A stretch of DNA of 64,000 nt from a virus: IMG/VR virus record IMGVR_UViG_3300030419_007131, positions 101,066-165,065 of that record; one strand, 5' to 3'. How positions within the stretch are numbered: position 1 is the stretch's first letter; each line of letters opens with the position of its first letter. A model generated the notes under the pieces. The model worked only from the letters and a program-made list of their open reading frames with translations, did not search any database and had not been told where the DNA came from. Position numbers and translations under genes: made by a program. Shown piece by piece: positions 46,470-55,011 of the stretch.

Positions 46470-48404
46470 ATGAGTACCACAGATAAATTTTTAGAAAATA
46501 TTAAGCGTCACCAAGAAAGCAAAGAAGACACTCGATTTTCAGGTGTTTTAAAAGATTATTTGCTTCTTTTAGAAAATAATAAAGATATTGCCTCTTTGGC
46601 CCACAAGCGATTATATAGTCGCATCATAGAAGAGGGGATGGTCACCCTTGATGAAACTGACGATCGATGCAATAAGCTTTTTGACGGAGAACCGGTAAAA
46701 GTTTACAACTATTTCAAAAGCCAATTCTTTGGTATGGAGCGGGCCCTAGAAAAGGTTATGCGTTTTCTTCATTCTGCCTCTATGAAAGGCGAGGAAAGCC
46801 GCCAAGTACTCCTTCTGCTGGGCCCAGTGGGCGCTGGTAAGTCCGCATTGGTCGAACACATAAAACACGCCCTAGAGATGTGCGAGCCGGCTTATAGTCT
46901 GGAGGGCTGCCCGATCCGCGAGGAGCCATTGCATCTAATCCCTCGTTCTTTGAGAGCAGACTTTGCAGAAGAATACGGCATCTCTATTGAGGGCGATTTA
47001 TGTCCCGTTTGCCGTCATCGCCTTTTAAATGAATACGATAGTGATTTTACCCAATTTCCCATTACCCAAACATCATTTTCGATTCGTGGGCGCAAGGGAG
47101 TCGGCGTGGTTCCACCAATGGATCCCAATACGCAAGACTCTAGCCTCTTGATCGGCTCCGAGGATATCTCTAAGCTTGATCTTTATCCAGAAGACGATCC
47201 CCGGGTCCTCAGCCTCAATGGCGCCTTCAATGTAGGCAATCGCGGCATTGTAGAATTTGTTGAGGTTTTCAAAAATGAAATCGAATTTCTTCACACTATG
47301 ATTACTGCCACCCAGGAGAAGAATGTACCCTCTCCAGGAAAGCAAGCAATGATTTATTTTGATGGAGTCATTCTCGCTCACTGCAACGAGGCAGAATGGA
47401 ACAAGTTTAAGGCTGAGCACACTAACGAAGCTATTCTAGATCGTATTGTTCGTGTTAACGTACCCTACTGCTTAGAGTATGAACAGGAGGTAAAGATTTA
47501 CGAAAAACTCATAGGTCGATCTGACTACAAATGTCACATCGCCCCTCATACTCTAGAGGTGGCGGCCATGTTTGCTGTTCTTTCACGTTTAAAGAATTCC
47601 AATAAAGCCGACCCGCTCACCAAGATGAAAATCTACAATGGAGAGGAAATCGTCGAAAAGGGTCTTATCAAAAAGATCGATATTAAAGATCTCCGCGAAG
47701 AGGTTGAAGACGAGGGCATGACAGGCATCTCGACGCGCTTTATTATGAAGGCCATCGATGCAGCATTAGCTGATTCAACTAAGAGTATGATCACTCCTAT
47801 CTCAATTCGTGATTCGTTGATTAAGCAGGTTAAAGAACAAATCGTAAATCCAGACGAACGCGCACATTGCCTTCAGTTTCTCCAGAAGACACTTCATGAA
47901 GAATACCTGTCTATTTTAGAAAAAGAAATTACAAAAGCATTTGTCACAGCTTATGAAGAACAGGCTGAGTCCTTGTTCAACAACTACCTGGACCATGCAG
48001 AAGCCTATGTTAATAATACAAAGGTGAAGGACCGAGTGACCAATGAAGATATGGAGCCAGATGAAAAGTTCCTGCAATCGATTGAAGAACAGATAGGAAT
48101 CAAGGGAAGCTCCAAGAATAACTTCCGGGCTGATATTACTTCTTACATGTTTGCCAAGTTACGACGTAAGGAGGTCATTGACTGGCGCTCCTACGGCCCA
48201 TTAAGAGAAGCAATCGAAACAAAGCTTGTGGCATCGGTTCGAGACATCTCAAGAATCGTCACTAAAAGCAAGAGCCGCGATGTGAAACAGCAAAAGAAGT
48301 TTAACAGTATGGTACAAACTCTAATAGACGATTATGGTTATAATGAGGATTCCGCTGAAGAAGTAATTAAGTTTGCTTCGAATAACCTATGGCGCGACTC
48401 ATAA
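46470..48404 (+). CDS. prkA: PrkA/YeaG AAA+ protein
   Basis: LLLGPVGAGKS, CPIREEP, DPR, NRGIVEFVEVFK, NEAEW, VPYCL, APHTL, GISTRF. Confidence 0.95.
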   Translation: MSTTDKFLENIKRHQESKEDTRFSGVLKDYLLLLENNKDIASLAHKRLYSRIIEEGMVTLDETDDRCNKLFDGEPVKVYNYFKSQFFGMERALEKVMRFLHSASMKGEESRQVLLLLGPVGAGKSALVEHIKHALEMCEPAYSLEGCPIREEPLHLIPRSLRADFAEEYGISIEGDLCPVCRHRLLNEYDSDFTQFPITQTSFSIRGRKGVGVVPPMDPNTQDSSLLIGSEDISKLDLYPEDDPRVLSLNGAFNVGNRGIVEFVEVFKNEIEFLHTMITATQEKNVPSPGKQAMIYFDGVILAHCNEAEWNKFKAEHTNEAILDRIVRVNVPYCLEYEQEVKIYEKLIGRSDYKCHIAPHTLEVAAMFAVLSRLKNSNKADPLTKMKIYNGEEIVEKGLIKKIDIKDLREEVEDEGMTGISTRFIMKAIDAALADSTKSMITPISIRDSLIKQVKEQIVNPDERAHCLQFLQKTLHEEYLSILEKEITKAFVTAYEEQAESLFNNYLDHAEAYVNNTKVKDRVTNEDMEPDEKFLQSIEEQIGIKGSSKNNFRADITSYMFAKLRRKEVIDWRSYGPLREAIETKLVASVRDISRIVTKSKSRDVKQQKKFNSMVQTLIDDYGYNEDSAEEVIKFASNNLWRDS

Positions 48405-48626
48405 ACTCCCACTTTTGTTGAGGGCGCCAGAAAGAGGAGAACTTAGGTTCTCCTCTTTTTTTGTAGTAGGGATAAGGCCGTCTAGTTTGCACCATTGATA
48501 GGTTTGAACAGGGTGAGTAAACAACACTCGAACCCATGGGTTACTTTTGTTTAAATCATCAAATATTTCGACAACAATGCCCATTTGTCCATATCGTGTG
48601 GATTTAACTAAGTCACCAAGTTTCAT
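48399..48626 (-). CDS. small SH3/KOW-like protein (MKLGDLV family)
   Basis: MKLGDLVK...MGIVVEI...VRVLF. Confidence 0.65.
   Translation of the reverse strand: MKLGDLVKSTRYGQMGIVVEIFDDLNKSNPWVRVLFTHPVQTYQWCKLDGLIPTTKKEENLSSPLSGALNKSGSL
48431..48462 (+). terminator. rho-independent terminator of the prkA operon
   Basis: AAAGAGGAGAAC-TTAG-GTTCTCCTCTTT followed by TTTT. Confidence 0.85.
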
Positions 48627-48647
48627 ACGCCATTAAATAGTTCCACG

Positions 48648-49145
48648 TTAATGGAATGTGCTGTCGTCAGTCTTGCCAAATTTAGTCATAGCCAAAGGAT
48701 CCCCACTAGCCAGATCATGATTAAGAGAGAGTATCAGCTCTTCAGTAGTGGGATCCACATAGAGAGAGACATATTCTTCTTCGACATTTTCGAAATCTGA
48801 TAAGTTAAGTCGCATGGTACCTGACTTCCCGATCAACACGGTTATAAGAGACGAAAGCAACGGCGCAGCCCCAAGCTCAGGGATAGAGCCCTTGGGATAG
48901 CCGGGCGAATTTATGAGGGACATGAAAGTATTATCCTCCGACCCGTCGCCAAAAATTTGTTGTGTTTTTTCGAGCAAAATTTTGTTTTTAGCAACTTCTT
49001 GCTTTACATTGGTCATCAACCTTTCTAGTTGATCATAAATAAGTTTATTAACTTCACGTACTTGGTAGTTACGGTAGGCTTGATAGCCGACCCACACCAG
49101 GGCCAGCAGCAATACAGCCGAAAGAATAATATTTAAAGTTAGCAT
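48648..49145 (-). CDS. membrane-anchored hypothetical protein
   Basis: N-terminal TM plus coiled coil; start MLTLNII. Confidence 0.6.
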   Translation of the reverse strand: MLTLNIILSAVLLLALVWVGYQAYRNYQVREVNKLIYDQLERLMTNVKQEVAKNKILLEKTQQIFGDGSEDNTFMSLINSPGYPKGSIPELGAAPLLSSLITVLIGKSGTMRLNLSDFENVEEEYVSLYVDPTTEELILSLNHDLASGDPLAMTKFGKTDDSTFH

Positions 49146-49401
49146 AATAAGATGCCCCTTTCTATAAATAGTCAAAAATCCGCGATTTTTTTGGCGTAAT
49201 TTTTTTCTCCTTCTCTCTTAGGGGCAACGCAGGCACATTAACGGAAGATATGTCTATATCGTACCCCCGCACCTACTTCAAAAAACACGAGAAATATAGA
49301 CAACTCTATAAACCAAGGATACCATTTGTTGTGGCCTACTTGCAGGTGAAGCCCTAAGATCTTTTCGTGGATACGGTTGAAGCGGAGAAAAGGGATAAGC
49401 A

Positions 49402-49509
49402 CTATATATGAAATAGTATCCAGGTGATCGAACCTACAATTGTAGCCGAGCAGATCCAAAAGATGGCAGCCGTAATATCAGGATTTTCTTTAAAAAAGGT
49501 GCGCATCAT
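49402..49509 (-). CDS. 35-aa single-TM peptide (not in the track)
   Basis: MMRTFFKENPDITAAIFWICSATIVGSITWILFHI*; CTATTTA motif 5 nt upstream. Confidence 0.4.
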   Translation of the reverse strand: MMRTFFKENPDITAAIFWICSATIVGSITWILFHI

Positions 49510-49582
49510 AGACGTAAATAGGCGAGAATACACCAGAAAGTATTAATAAGGTGTGAAAATACTATGCATTTAATGTGCCAAC

Positions 49583-49843
49583 CTAAGGTGTGTCATCCTG
49601 GTTACGTCTGAACTTGCGTGTTCTACGTGCACGTTCCAATTGCGCGCGCCGGGACTTGAGACGCAAAGATTCAGGGGGATACATTTCCTCAAAGGCGTTG
49701 CGTGCTTGCTCTATAACACTAGTAGGTTTCTGAGAATCCTTTTTGCACCTTTTAGCAGCGCGCCACCCCAAGTAAACGAGTAGGCCACCAGGTATAACGA
49801 TCGCGCATATAAGCACTATGGCATGTACAAGAGGGTGGCCCAT
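49583..49843 (-). CDS. small membrane protein with basic tail
   Basis: TM (AIVIPGGLLVYLGW) followed by K/R-rich sequence. Confidence 0.6.
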   Translation of the reverse strand: MGHPLVHAIVLICAIVIPGGLLVYLGWRAAKRCKKDSQKPTSVIEQARNAFEEMYPPESLRLKSRRAQLERARRTRKFRRNQDDTP

Positions 49844-49849
49844 TGCGTC

Positions 49850-50032
49850 TCACTGCTTAAGCCTACTAGTTATTGCTTCAAGAAGAGGCGCGCCGAATGT
49901 GTCCCACAATGCATGCAGTATTCCTACTGCGCAAAAGACCCATAGCAGCGCTGTGCCAGTAAGTCCTCCTACAATGAGGATGTCTCGCAAGATCTCCATG
50001 TCCATGTCGTCATCTCCCCTGCGCATGCGCAA
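49850..50032 (-). CDS. small membrane protein
   Basis: one TM; true start probably MDMEIL. Confidence 0.5.
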   Translation of the reverse strand: MRMRRGDDDMDMEILRDILIVGGLTGTALLWVFCAVGILHALWDTFGAPLLEAITSRLKQ

Positions 50033-50052
50033 TGCTAGCGAGAGAGTTCGCG

Positions 50053-50241
50053 CTAGCGGTCGAAGGCTTGCTGTCTGCTTTGTACAGTTGTGGGATCGCC
50101 GTATTCGTCGCTAAGCAGAGCTGCGACGTAGTCTAGTGAGACGTCGATCTTCTCTAGAGCGCGGACAACGCGACGGAGCGCGTCATCGACCAGTCTTTCT
50201 AGGAATTCTTCGGTTATTTCTTCTTTTATGAGATTTTGCAT
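50053..50241 (-). CDS. hypothetical protein (MQNLIKEEI leader)
   Basis: CTAGTTA motif upstream of the ATG at 50241. Confidence 0.55.
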   Translation of the reverse strand: MQNLIKEEITEEFLERLVDDALRRVVRALEKIDVSLDYVAALLSDEYGDPTTVQSRQQAFDR

Positions 50242-50369
50242 AATGGCCGCCTTCTCAATAACTAGTGTTTTTCGCAGCTTAAATGCAAAAAGTCTCAAAA
50301 TTAGCCTGCGCGTTGAAAACGTACTTAGTTTGTTCAATCGAAGCGGGTACTTGCATAGCACATACATTC

Positions 50370-50394
50370 GGGGCATACCGGGGGGGGAGGGGGG
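50370..50394 (+). other. G-tract cluster (G4-CATACC-G8-A-G6)
   Basis: read directly from sequence; intergenic once the upstream start is corrected. Confidence 0.8.
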
Positions 50395-50469
50395 TACCAT
50401 ATACTATTTTTAGCTATTTTCTAAGTGGCTGTTTTTACTATGTTTTTATTAGGTTCCCACGCTAAGCAG

Positions 50470-50512
50470 CTAAAAACAACAAAGCCCCGGCCAACTTAAT
50501 GACCAGGGCTTG
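50470..50512 (-). terminator. rho-independent terminator closing the early region
   Basis: AGCCCTGGTCA-TTAAGT-TGGCCGGGGCT then TTGTTGTTTTT on the minus strand. Confidence 0.75.
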
Positions 50513-50541
50513 ATTGCAACGCTAGCAGCGTTGGAAATTAA

Positions 50542-51000
50542 CTAGGAACGCTTGTTGTGCTTGCGCTTGTGCAATGGAAGCACGGCAAGGTCAAAGGTTA
50601 CAACGTCGCTAGCCTCGGAACCGTCAAGGTCGGCTTGCAACTCTAGGACACGAGCGCGAAGGTTGGAAACCTTTGCAACGTTGTCGGGGTCAATACCAAC
50701 CAACTCGCAGGCTTGCAGGGCACCGTCCAACTTAGACTGTGCATCGGAAACCAACTTAGCACCGGTTGCATCGGTTGCGGTAAAACGCAGGACTCGGTTG
50801 GTAAAGTTGCGTTCCTTGACAACTTTATTAGTAGCCGGAACCAACCCGCTAGCGGTTTCCAACATAAGCGCGGAACCTTCCGCGTTCAAGTCGCCGTGGG
50901 AATCGCGCACGAATTCCAATGCACTGCCAACGTTGGAGAATGCAACCGGGCGCTCGTCATTAGAGTTGGTTACGAGAAAAATGTTAGTGTTGTTTGCCAT
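50542..51000 (-). CDS. hypothetical protein, monocistronic
   Basis: own promoter, leader hairpin and terminator; start MANNTN. Confidence 0.65.
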   Translation of the reverse strand: MANNTNIFLVTNSNDERPVAFSNVGSALEFVRDSHGDLNAEGSALMLETASGLVPATNKVVKERNFTNRVLRFTATDATGAKLVSDAQSKLDGALQACELVGIDPDNVAKVSNLRARVLELQADLDGSEASDVVTFDLAVLPLHKRKHNKRS

Positions 51001-51057
51001 AGTATTGGGTCCAATCCAATTTAGTGTTTTGTGGGGCACCGCGCCCCAACTGTTTAT

Positions 51058-51085
51058 ATAATAGCATAATGCACGGAGAAGTCAA
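51058..51085 (-). promoter_or_regulatory. sigma70-type early promoter
   Basis: TTGACT-16-TATTAT, extended TG. Confidence 0.6.
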
Positions 51086-51428
51086 GCATTACTTTGTCAA
51101 AGGTTTGCAAACTGTTTGTCAAGCCCTTGTCGCTGTTGTTGTCGCTGTTTCCCGTGCTGTTCATAGTAATAATATAGCACACTGAGCGGAAAAGTATCGG
51201 GCATAATTGTGCCCGATCGAATTGTGATTCTCGATGCTTGCATGCCGCAAGGGAATGCTTGCGTGTGCGCAGCTTCTGGCTTATCTTTTGTTGTTTGTTG
51301 TCTCGCGCAATTGGCGACATTGCGCTAGCGCCGCGAACATTAGTTGTGGGCTGCATGCAACTCACGATGTTACGCTTGCAGCACACAAGCAACTCACGGC
51401 ATGCCGGGAATACTCACAAACTCACGCC

Positions 51429-51457
51429 TTGACTTGTGCCAGTTGTGCCTGTACTAT
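51429..51457 (+). promoter_or_regulatory. sigma70-like promoter on the plus strand with no gene downstream
   Basis: TTGACT-17-TACTAT. Confidence 0.45.
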
Positions 51458-51545
51458 ATCAGAGCATTCGCATACCCACCATTTCCCACAATGATAGCAT
51501 GATGATAACAATGTAAGGTACTAAATACATTTCCATTCATTCCCC

Positions 51546-52337
51546 CTAAACCGCTTTCGCCCATTCGACAGGCCGGGACAACACCTTGAAGCGCATGATC
51601 TCGCGACAGTCATCTGCATAGTGATTGGTAAAGGGCATTTCCCATTCGTGGATGTTACTCGTGTTGGCAGTCCAGTCTACACTCACCTTACCAAACTGAT
51701 CGACTTTCGTTACAATCCCCAGGACACTTCCCGTGTAATCAGTCGTTACCTTTCTAAGTTTCAATAGCTCGACTGTGACCAAATCTCCTGGCAAGATTTC
51801 TGCAACGATTTTTTGCAACTTTTTCTGAGAAGATTTCTTCTGTGGTTTTCTCTGAGGATTTCTCTGAGGATTTCTCGCTGCCTTTTTGACAGTGCTCGCT
51901 GTGATTTTTTTCTGTGGCTTTTTCTTCTTTGTTGTCGCTGCCTTTTTCTTGCCTGCCCATGCGGTCCAACACGCATTGGCGCAAACCACGTTGCCGCTCT
52001 TTGCTGTAAACTTCTTCGCCTTGCAGTGCTTGCAATTCTTTACAAACTTTTCTGCTGCTTCCTGTGCTTTGATTGTCTTGACAAGTCCGGTGTTGGTCGT
52101 GAAGATTTCTGTGGTTATCTCGCGCCAACTCTTCTGACGATTTACATAGCAGAGTTTTACTCCCACCTTGCCAACGATTTTTCCTGTCTTGCTGTCAATG
52201 CCGGAATCCACAACCACGCGCACAAACTTTGCGCTGGGATGCTTGCGGCTATAAATGATGCTTGTGCCCTTTGCGTTCTTCTTGTGGGGGAAGAAGCCTT
52301 CGGCTTTGAGGATTGCTTTTCGCTGTACGACTGTCAT
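51546..52337 (-). CDS. Lys-rich protein with C4 Zn ribbon and C-terminal SH3-like GDLV domain
   Basis: CKHC...CANAC; RNPQ repeats (12-bp unit at 51847-51876); PGDLV...LGIVT...VDW. Confidence 0.65.
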   Translation of the reverse strand: MTVVQRKAILKAEGFFPHKKNAKGTSIIYSRKHPSAKFVRVVVDSGIDSKTGKIVGKVGVKLCYVNRQKSWREITTEIFTTNTGLVKTIKAQEAAEKFVKNCKHCKAKKFTAKSGNVVCANACWTAWAGKKKAATTKKKKPQKKITASTVKKAARNPQRNPQRKPQKKSSQKKLQKIVAEILPGDLVTVELLKLRKVTTDYTGSVLGIVTKVDQFGKVSVDWTANTSNIHEWEMPFTNHYADDCREIMRFKVLSRPVEWAKAV

Positions 52338-52555
52338 TTTATTTCTCCTGTTGAAAGTAGCTCAACGTCTGTTACTTTTTCCCAACCTGCGCCGATGCCG
52401 TAATCCTTCGGGAAGGCAGTCCAATGAACAAAAATTTCCCGCGATTCGCCGCGCAAGCGGGCTCCAACTGTCTGGGTGCGAGATTGTGTGATGATGCCGC
52501 AAAGACCGGGATAATTGGTCTGATCGCGCCATTGAACGAAATCACCGACTTTCAT
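52334..52555 (-). CDS. small SH3/KOW-like protein (MKVGDFV)
   Basis: family motif; ATGA overlaps at both ends. Confidence 0.65.
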   Translation of the reverse strand: MKVGDFVQWRDQTNYPGLCGIITQSRTQTVGARLRGESREIFVHWTAFPKDYGIGAGWEKVTDVELLSTGEIK

Positions 52556-52713
52556 CTTATTGCCTTCCTGAGATTGCAAAGTGGTTCCCAAGACTTTGTG
52601 GTGTCGGTGTATTGAACAAAAGCGAACTCGGCCTTATGGTCAATTTCCACAACAACGCCAATCTTGCGATGGAAATAAAAGCCATGCACCAAATCGCCAA
52701 TTTGAATGTTCAT
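52552..52713 (-). CDS. small SH3/KOW-like protein (53 aa, not in the track)
   Basis: MNIQIGDLVHGFYFHRKIGVVVEID...; ATGA overlaps at both ends. Confidence 0.65.
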   Translation of the reverse strand: MNIQIGDLVHGFYFHRKIGVVVEIDHKAEFAFVQYTDTTKSWEPLCNLRKAIR

Positions 52714-52919
52714 GCCTCGCTCACAAGGTGAAGTTCTGTGATATATTCTTCTGTGGTCGCGGAATTATTCCATGTGAACCATTGGACTGCGACAACGTAA
52801 GGTCCGTTTGCGTTCACTTGAACAATTTTGACCACGGTGCCTTTATCGATGCGTAGCGAGTCGTCCACAATGTCCCCAACTTGTAGAAGTGGCTTTCCCC
52901 ATGCGTCTGATTTTCTCAT
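52710..52919 (-). CDS. small SH3/KOW-like protein (LQVGDIV)
   Basis: family motif, ends ELHLVSEA. Confidence 0.65.
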   Translation of the reverse strand: MRKSDAWGKPLLQVGDIVDDSLRIDKGTVVKIVQVNANGPYVVAVQWFTWNNSATTEEYITELHLVSEA

Positions 52920-53203
52920 GGGTAGCGATTCCCGCCTTCTTTGCGGTCCCACACATCTTCTGAAAACTGTTTGGCAAAACGAAGGCCAGTGCCATCGGTG
53001 GCGGCGTCTTCGTTCTCGACTTCTGCCTTTACCTTCGTTGCGAAGGTGCGAAGCATCTTGATGAACTCAATTTTGCCGAAAGTGCGCTTCTGCGCTTCTC
53101 TGAGTCGATGGCCCATGTATTGCGCGGCAAGCTGGTCAACGATTTTGATGGTGTTTGCCATCCCCTCGCGATCTTCGGTATCAAAAACGATAACCATCTT
53201 CAT
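52916..53203 (-). CDS. hypothetical protein (L7/L12 C-terminal-like KIEFIK..R...GLRFAK)
   Basis: motif resemblance only. Confidence 0.5.
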   Translation of the reverse strand: MKMVIVFDTEDREGMANTIKIVDQLAAQYMGHRLREAQKRTFGKIEFIKMLRTFATKVKAEVENEDAATDGTGLRFAKQFSEDVWDRKEGGNRYP

Positions 53204-53204
53204 T

Positions 53205-53669
53205 TTAGTTGCCTCCGAAAGCGGTGATGAGATCGGCTTCGGTCAAGCCGAGTTCTGCCATCGCGGCTTCCCGTCGAAGCTGCTTCTGAGACTTCGCTTG
53301 CACCTTCGGTGCTGCTTTTGCCTTCTTTGGCTTTGGCTTCGGTTCCGGCTTGTCGAGGAAGGAAGGAATGTGGCCGGTGAATACTGCGGCCTTGCGCTGC
53401 TTTGCGCGAAGACGGGCAAAGCGCATTCGGCGCTCTGCGCCTGGAATTCCGTTGCGGAACTCCTCATCTTTGGCGTTTGCGCGTGCGTGGTTGTTTGCAC
53501 CACCGTGACGCTCACAACGCCATCGGCCTTCGTGCTCTTTTGAAATGTTGGGGTCGAACACACGGCAGCCACCTGCAAAAGCGCAGGTGACTCCGTGCGT
53601 CGAATCGGCAGCTAGGCGGGAACCGTGTGCGAGGGCGAAAGCATTGTTTCCTTTGGGTGTGCGGGCCAT
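53205..53669 (-). CDS. basic hypothetical protein, possible Zn site
   Basis: C-x4-C...C-x2-H; own promoter and SD. Confidence 0.6.
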   Translation of the reverse strand: MARTPKGNNAFALAHGSRLAADSTHGVTCAFAGGCRVFDPNISKEHEGRWRCERHGGANNHARANAKDEEFRNGIPGAERRMRFARLRAKQRKAAVFTGHIPSFLDKPEPKPKPKKAKAAPKVQAKSQKQLRREAAMAELGLTEADLITAFGGN

Positions 53670-53719
53670 TTTGAACTCTCCTGGCTCGTGTGGGCTTCAT
53701 CGCCCCCCACTGTCTTTCT

Positions 53720-53748
53720 AATATAGCACGCTCGCATGCTGCTGTCAA
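53720..53748 (-). promoter_or_regulatory. sigma70 early promoter
   Basis: TTGACA-17-TATATT, extended TG. Confidence 0.8.
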
Positions 53749-53756
53749 GCAAAAAA

Positions 53757-54380
53757 TTACCGCGAATCTGCGCTTTCGCGCTTTGTGATCTCCGCGACCT
53801 TCAACATTGCCTTGTTGCGGAGCTGCTCGAAATCATTGCTGTAGTAAGAGCGCGCATTCTCGGGAGTCTTCATCGTCCCAATTCTGAGAGCAAGGTCAAG
53901 CGTGCAATTAGGGTGCGAAACAAAGCGCTCCAAAGTGTAGGTGCGCGACAGCTCATCTTCACCTAAATCGGCATAAATCTCTTCAAGCAGTTTGCCGGGG
54001 GTGCGACTATTTTGCTTTTTGGATGACCACCAATAGTTGCCGCCGAAGAATGCCTGCATCATGCGCCAGTGCGAACGACTGTTGTTCTTGAAATACTTGC
54101 GGTAGACTTCCGTGTATTCCTTCTTCTTCAACTTGATGGTACCGTGCGCCAGCATCGTTGCCTTGAAAACGTAACCACGATGCTCCCAGAGTTCCTTTGC
54201 GGCATCTGGTGTAAGATTAGGATTCGCAGCCAAATACTCTTTGCCGAGACGGTACCAATGCTTTGAAATCGCTAGCTGCGTTTCAGCATCCGTAAAACGA
54301 TTCTTTGCGAGTCCGACGACTTCGCTGTTCTCCATGTTTTTGATGTTGTTCGCATAAGGCGAAGTGTAAACTGTAGGCAT
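53757..54380 (-). CDS. helical-repeat (LRV-like) hypothetical protein
   Basis: LAANPNLTP / VSHPNCTL. Confidence 0.55.
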   Translation of the reverse strand: MPTVYTSPYANNIKNMENSEVVGLAKNRFTDAETQLAISKHWYRLGKEYLAANPNLTPDAAKELWEHRGYVFKATMLAHGTIKLKKKEYTEVYRKYFKNNSRSHWRMMQAFFGGNYWWSSKKQNSRTPGKLLEEIYADLGEDELSRTYTLERFVSHPNCTLDLALRIGTMKTPENARSYYSNDFEQLRNKAMLKVAEITKRESADSR

Positions 54381-54381
54381 T

Positions 54382-54615
54382 CTATTTCTCCTCGCTCGGC
54401 ATACTAAACGGGTCCACCGATGCGCTTGTTTGGTTGTTGGTTTGTGTTTCTTGTGCTGTCATAATCTTTTGCCAGCACCATTCGGCTGAACCGGCTTCCT
54501 GCTGCGCTTCCACGTTTGTTGGGTGACGCAGAAAGTCCATTTCCTGTTGGTCCCGATAGTTATCAAGAGCTATCAGGATGGTGGTCACTTCCTCGTCGGT
54601 TAGTTCAATCTTCAT
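54382..54615 (-). CDS. hypothetical protein
   Basis: 77 aa. Confidence 0.55.
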   Translation of the reverse strand: MKIELTDEEVTTILIALDNYRDQQEMDFLRHPTNVEAQQEAGSAEWCWQKIMTAQETQTNNQTSASVDPFSMPSEEK

Positions 54616-54895
54616 TGGGAATAAACTCCGAATTCTTGAAAACTGCCGGGTGCATTATGTGGTCCGCGATTCCGCGAGCCTTCCCGACATGACACGAAGT
54701 GGTCATGGATTGAAACGAGCCGCCGGGGGATGTGAAGTCCCCCACAATCGTAACTCCAGACCGCGAGCGATGCCCAATCTTCAGCTTGTATGAAAACAGG
54801 CTTGTTCCGTCAGTGCACAGTGCTCCGGTGTGGGAAGCGGCGTTTTCGCCATCCTTCCACTTTTGAAGCACCTGTTCATTTCTTAGTCTACTCAT
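54605..54895 (-). CDS. hypothetical protein
   Basis: TDG..LFSY..KIG...S.TTS.HV pattern; start MSRLRN. Confidence 0.6.
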   Translation of the reverse strand: MSRLRNEQVLQKWKDGENAASHTGALCTDGTSLFSYKLKIGHRSRSGVTIVGDFTSPGGSFQSMTTSCHVGKARGIADHIMHPAVFKNSEFIPNED

Positions 54896-55011
54896 CAGTT
54901 TCTTCTTCCTCATCAAAAAGGGGAATATCGTAGTCTTCGTCAAATCCATAACGAAGGGAATGGCAATTGGTCCAAGGGTCCATTACTAAATCTTTCTAGT
55001 TATTGGTTGTT

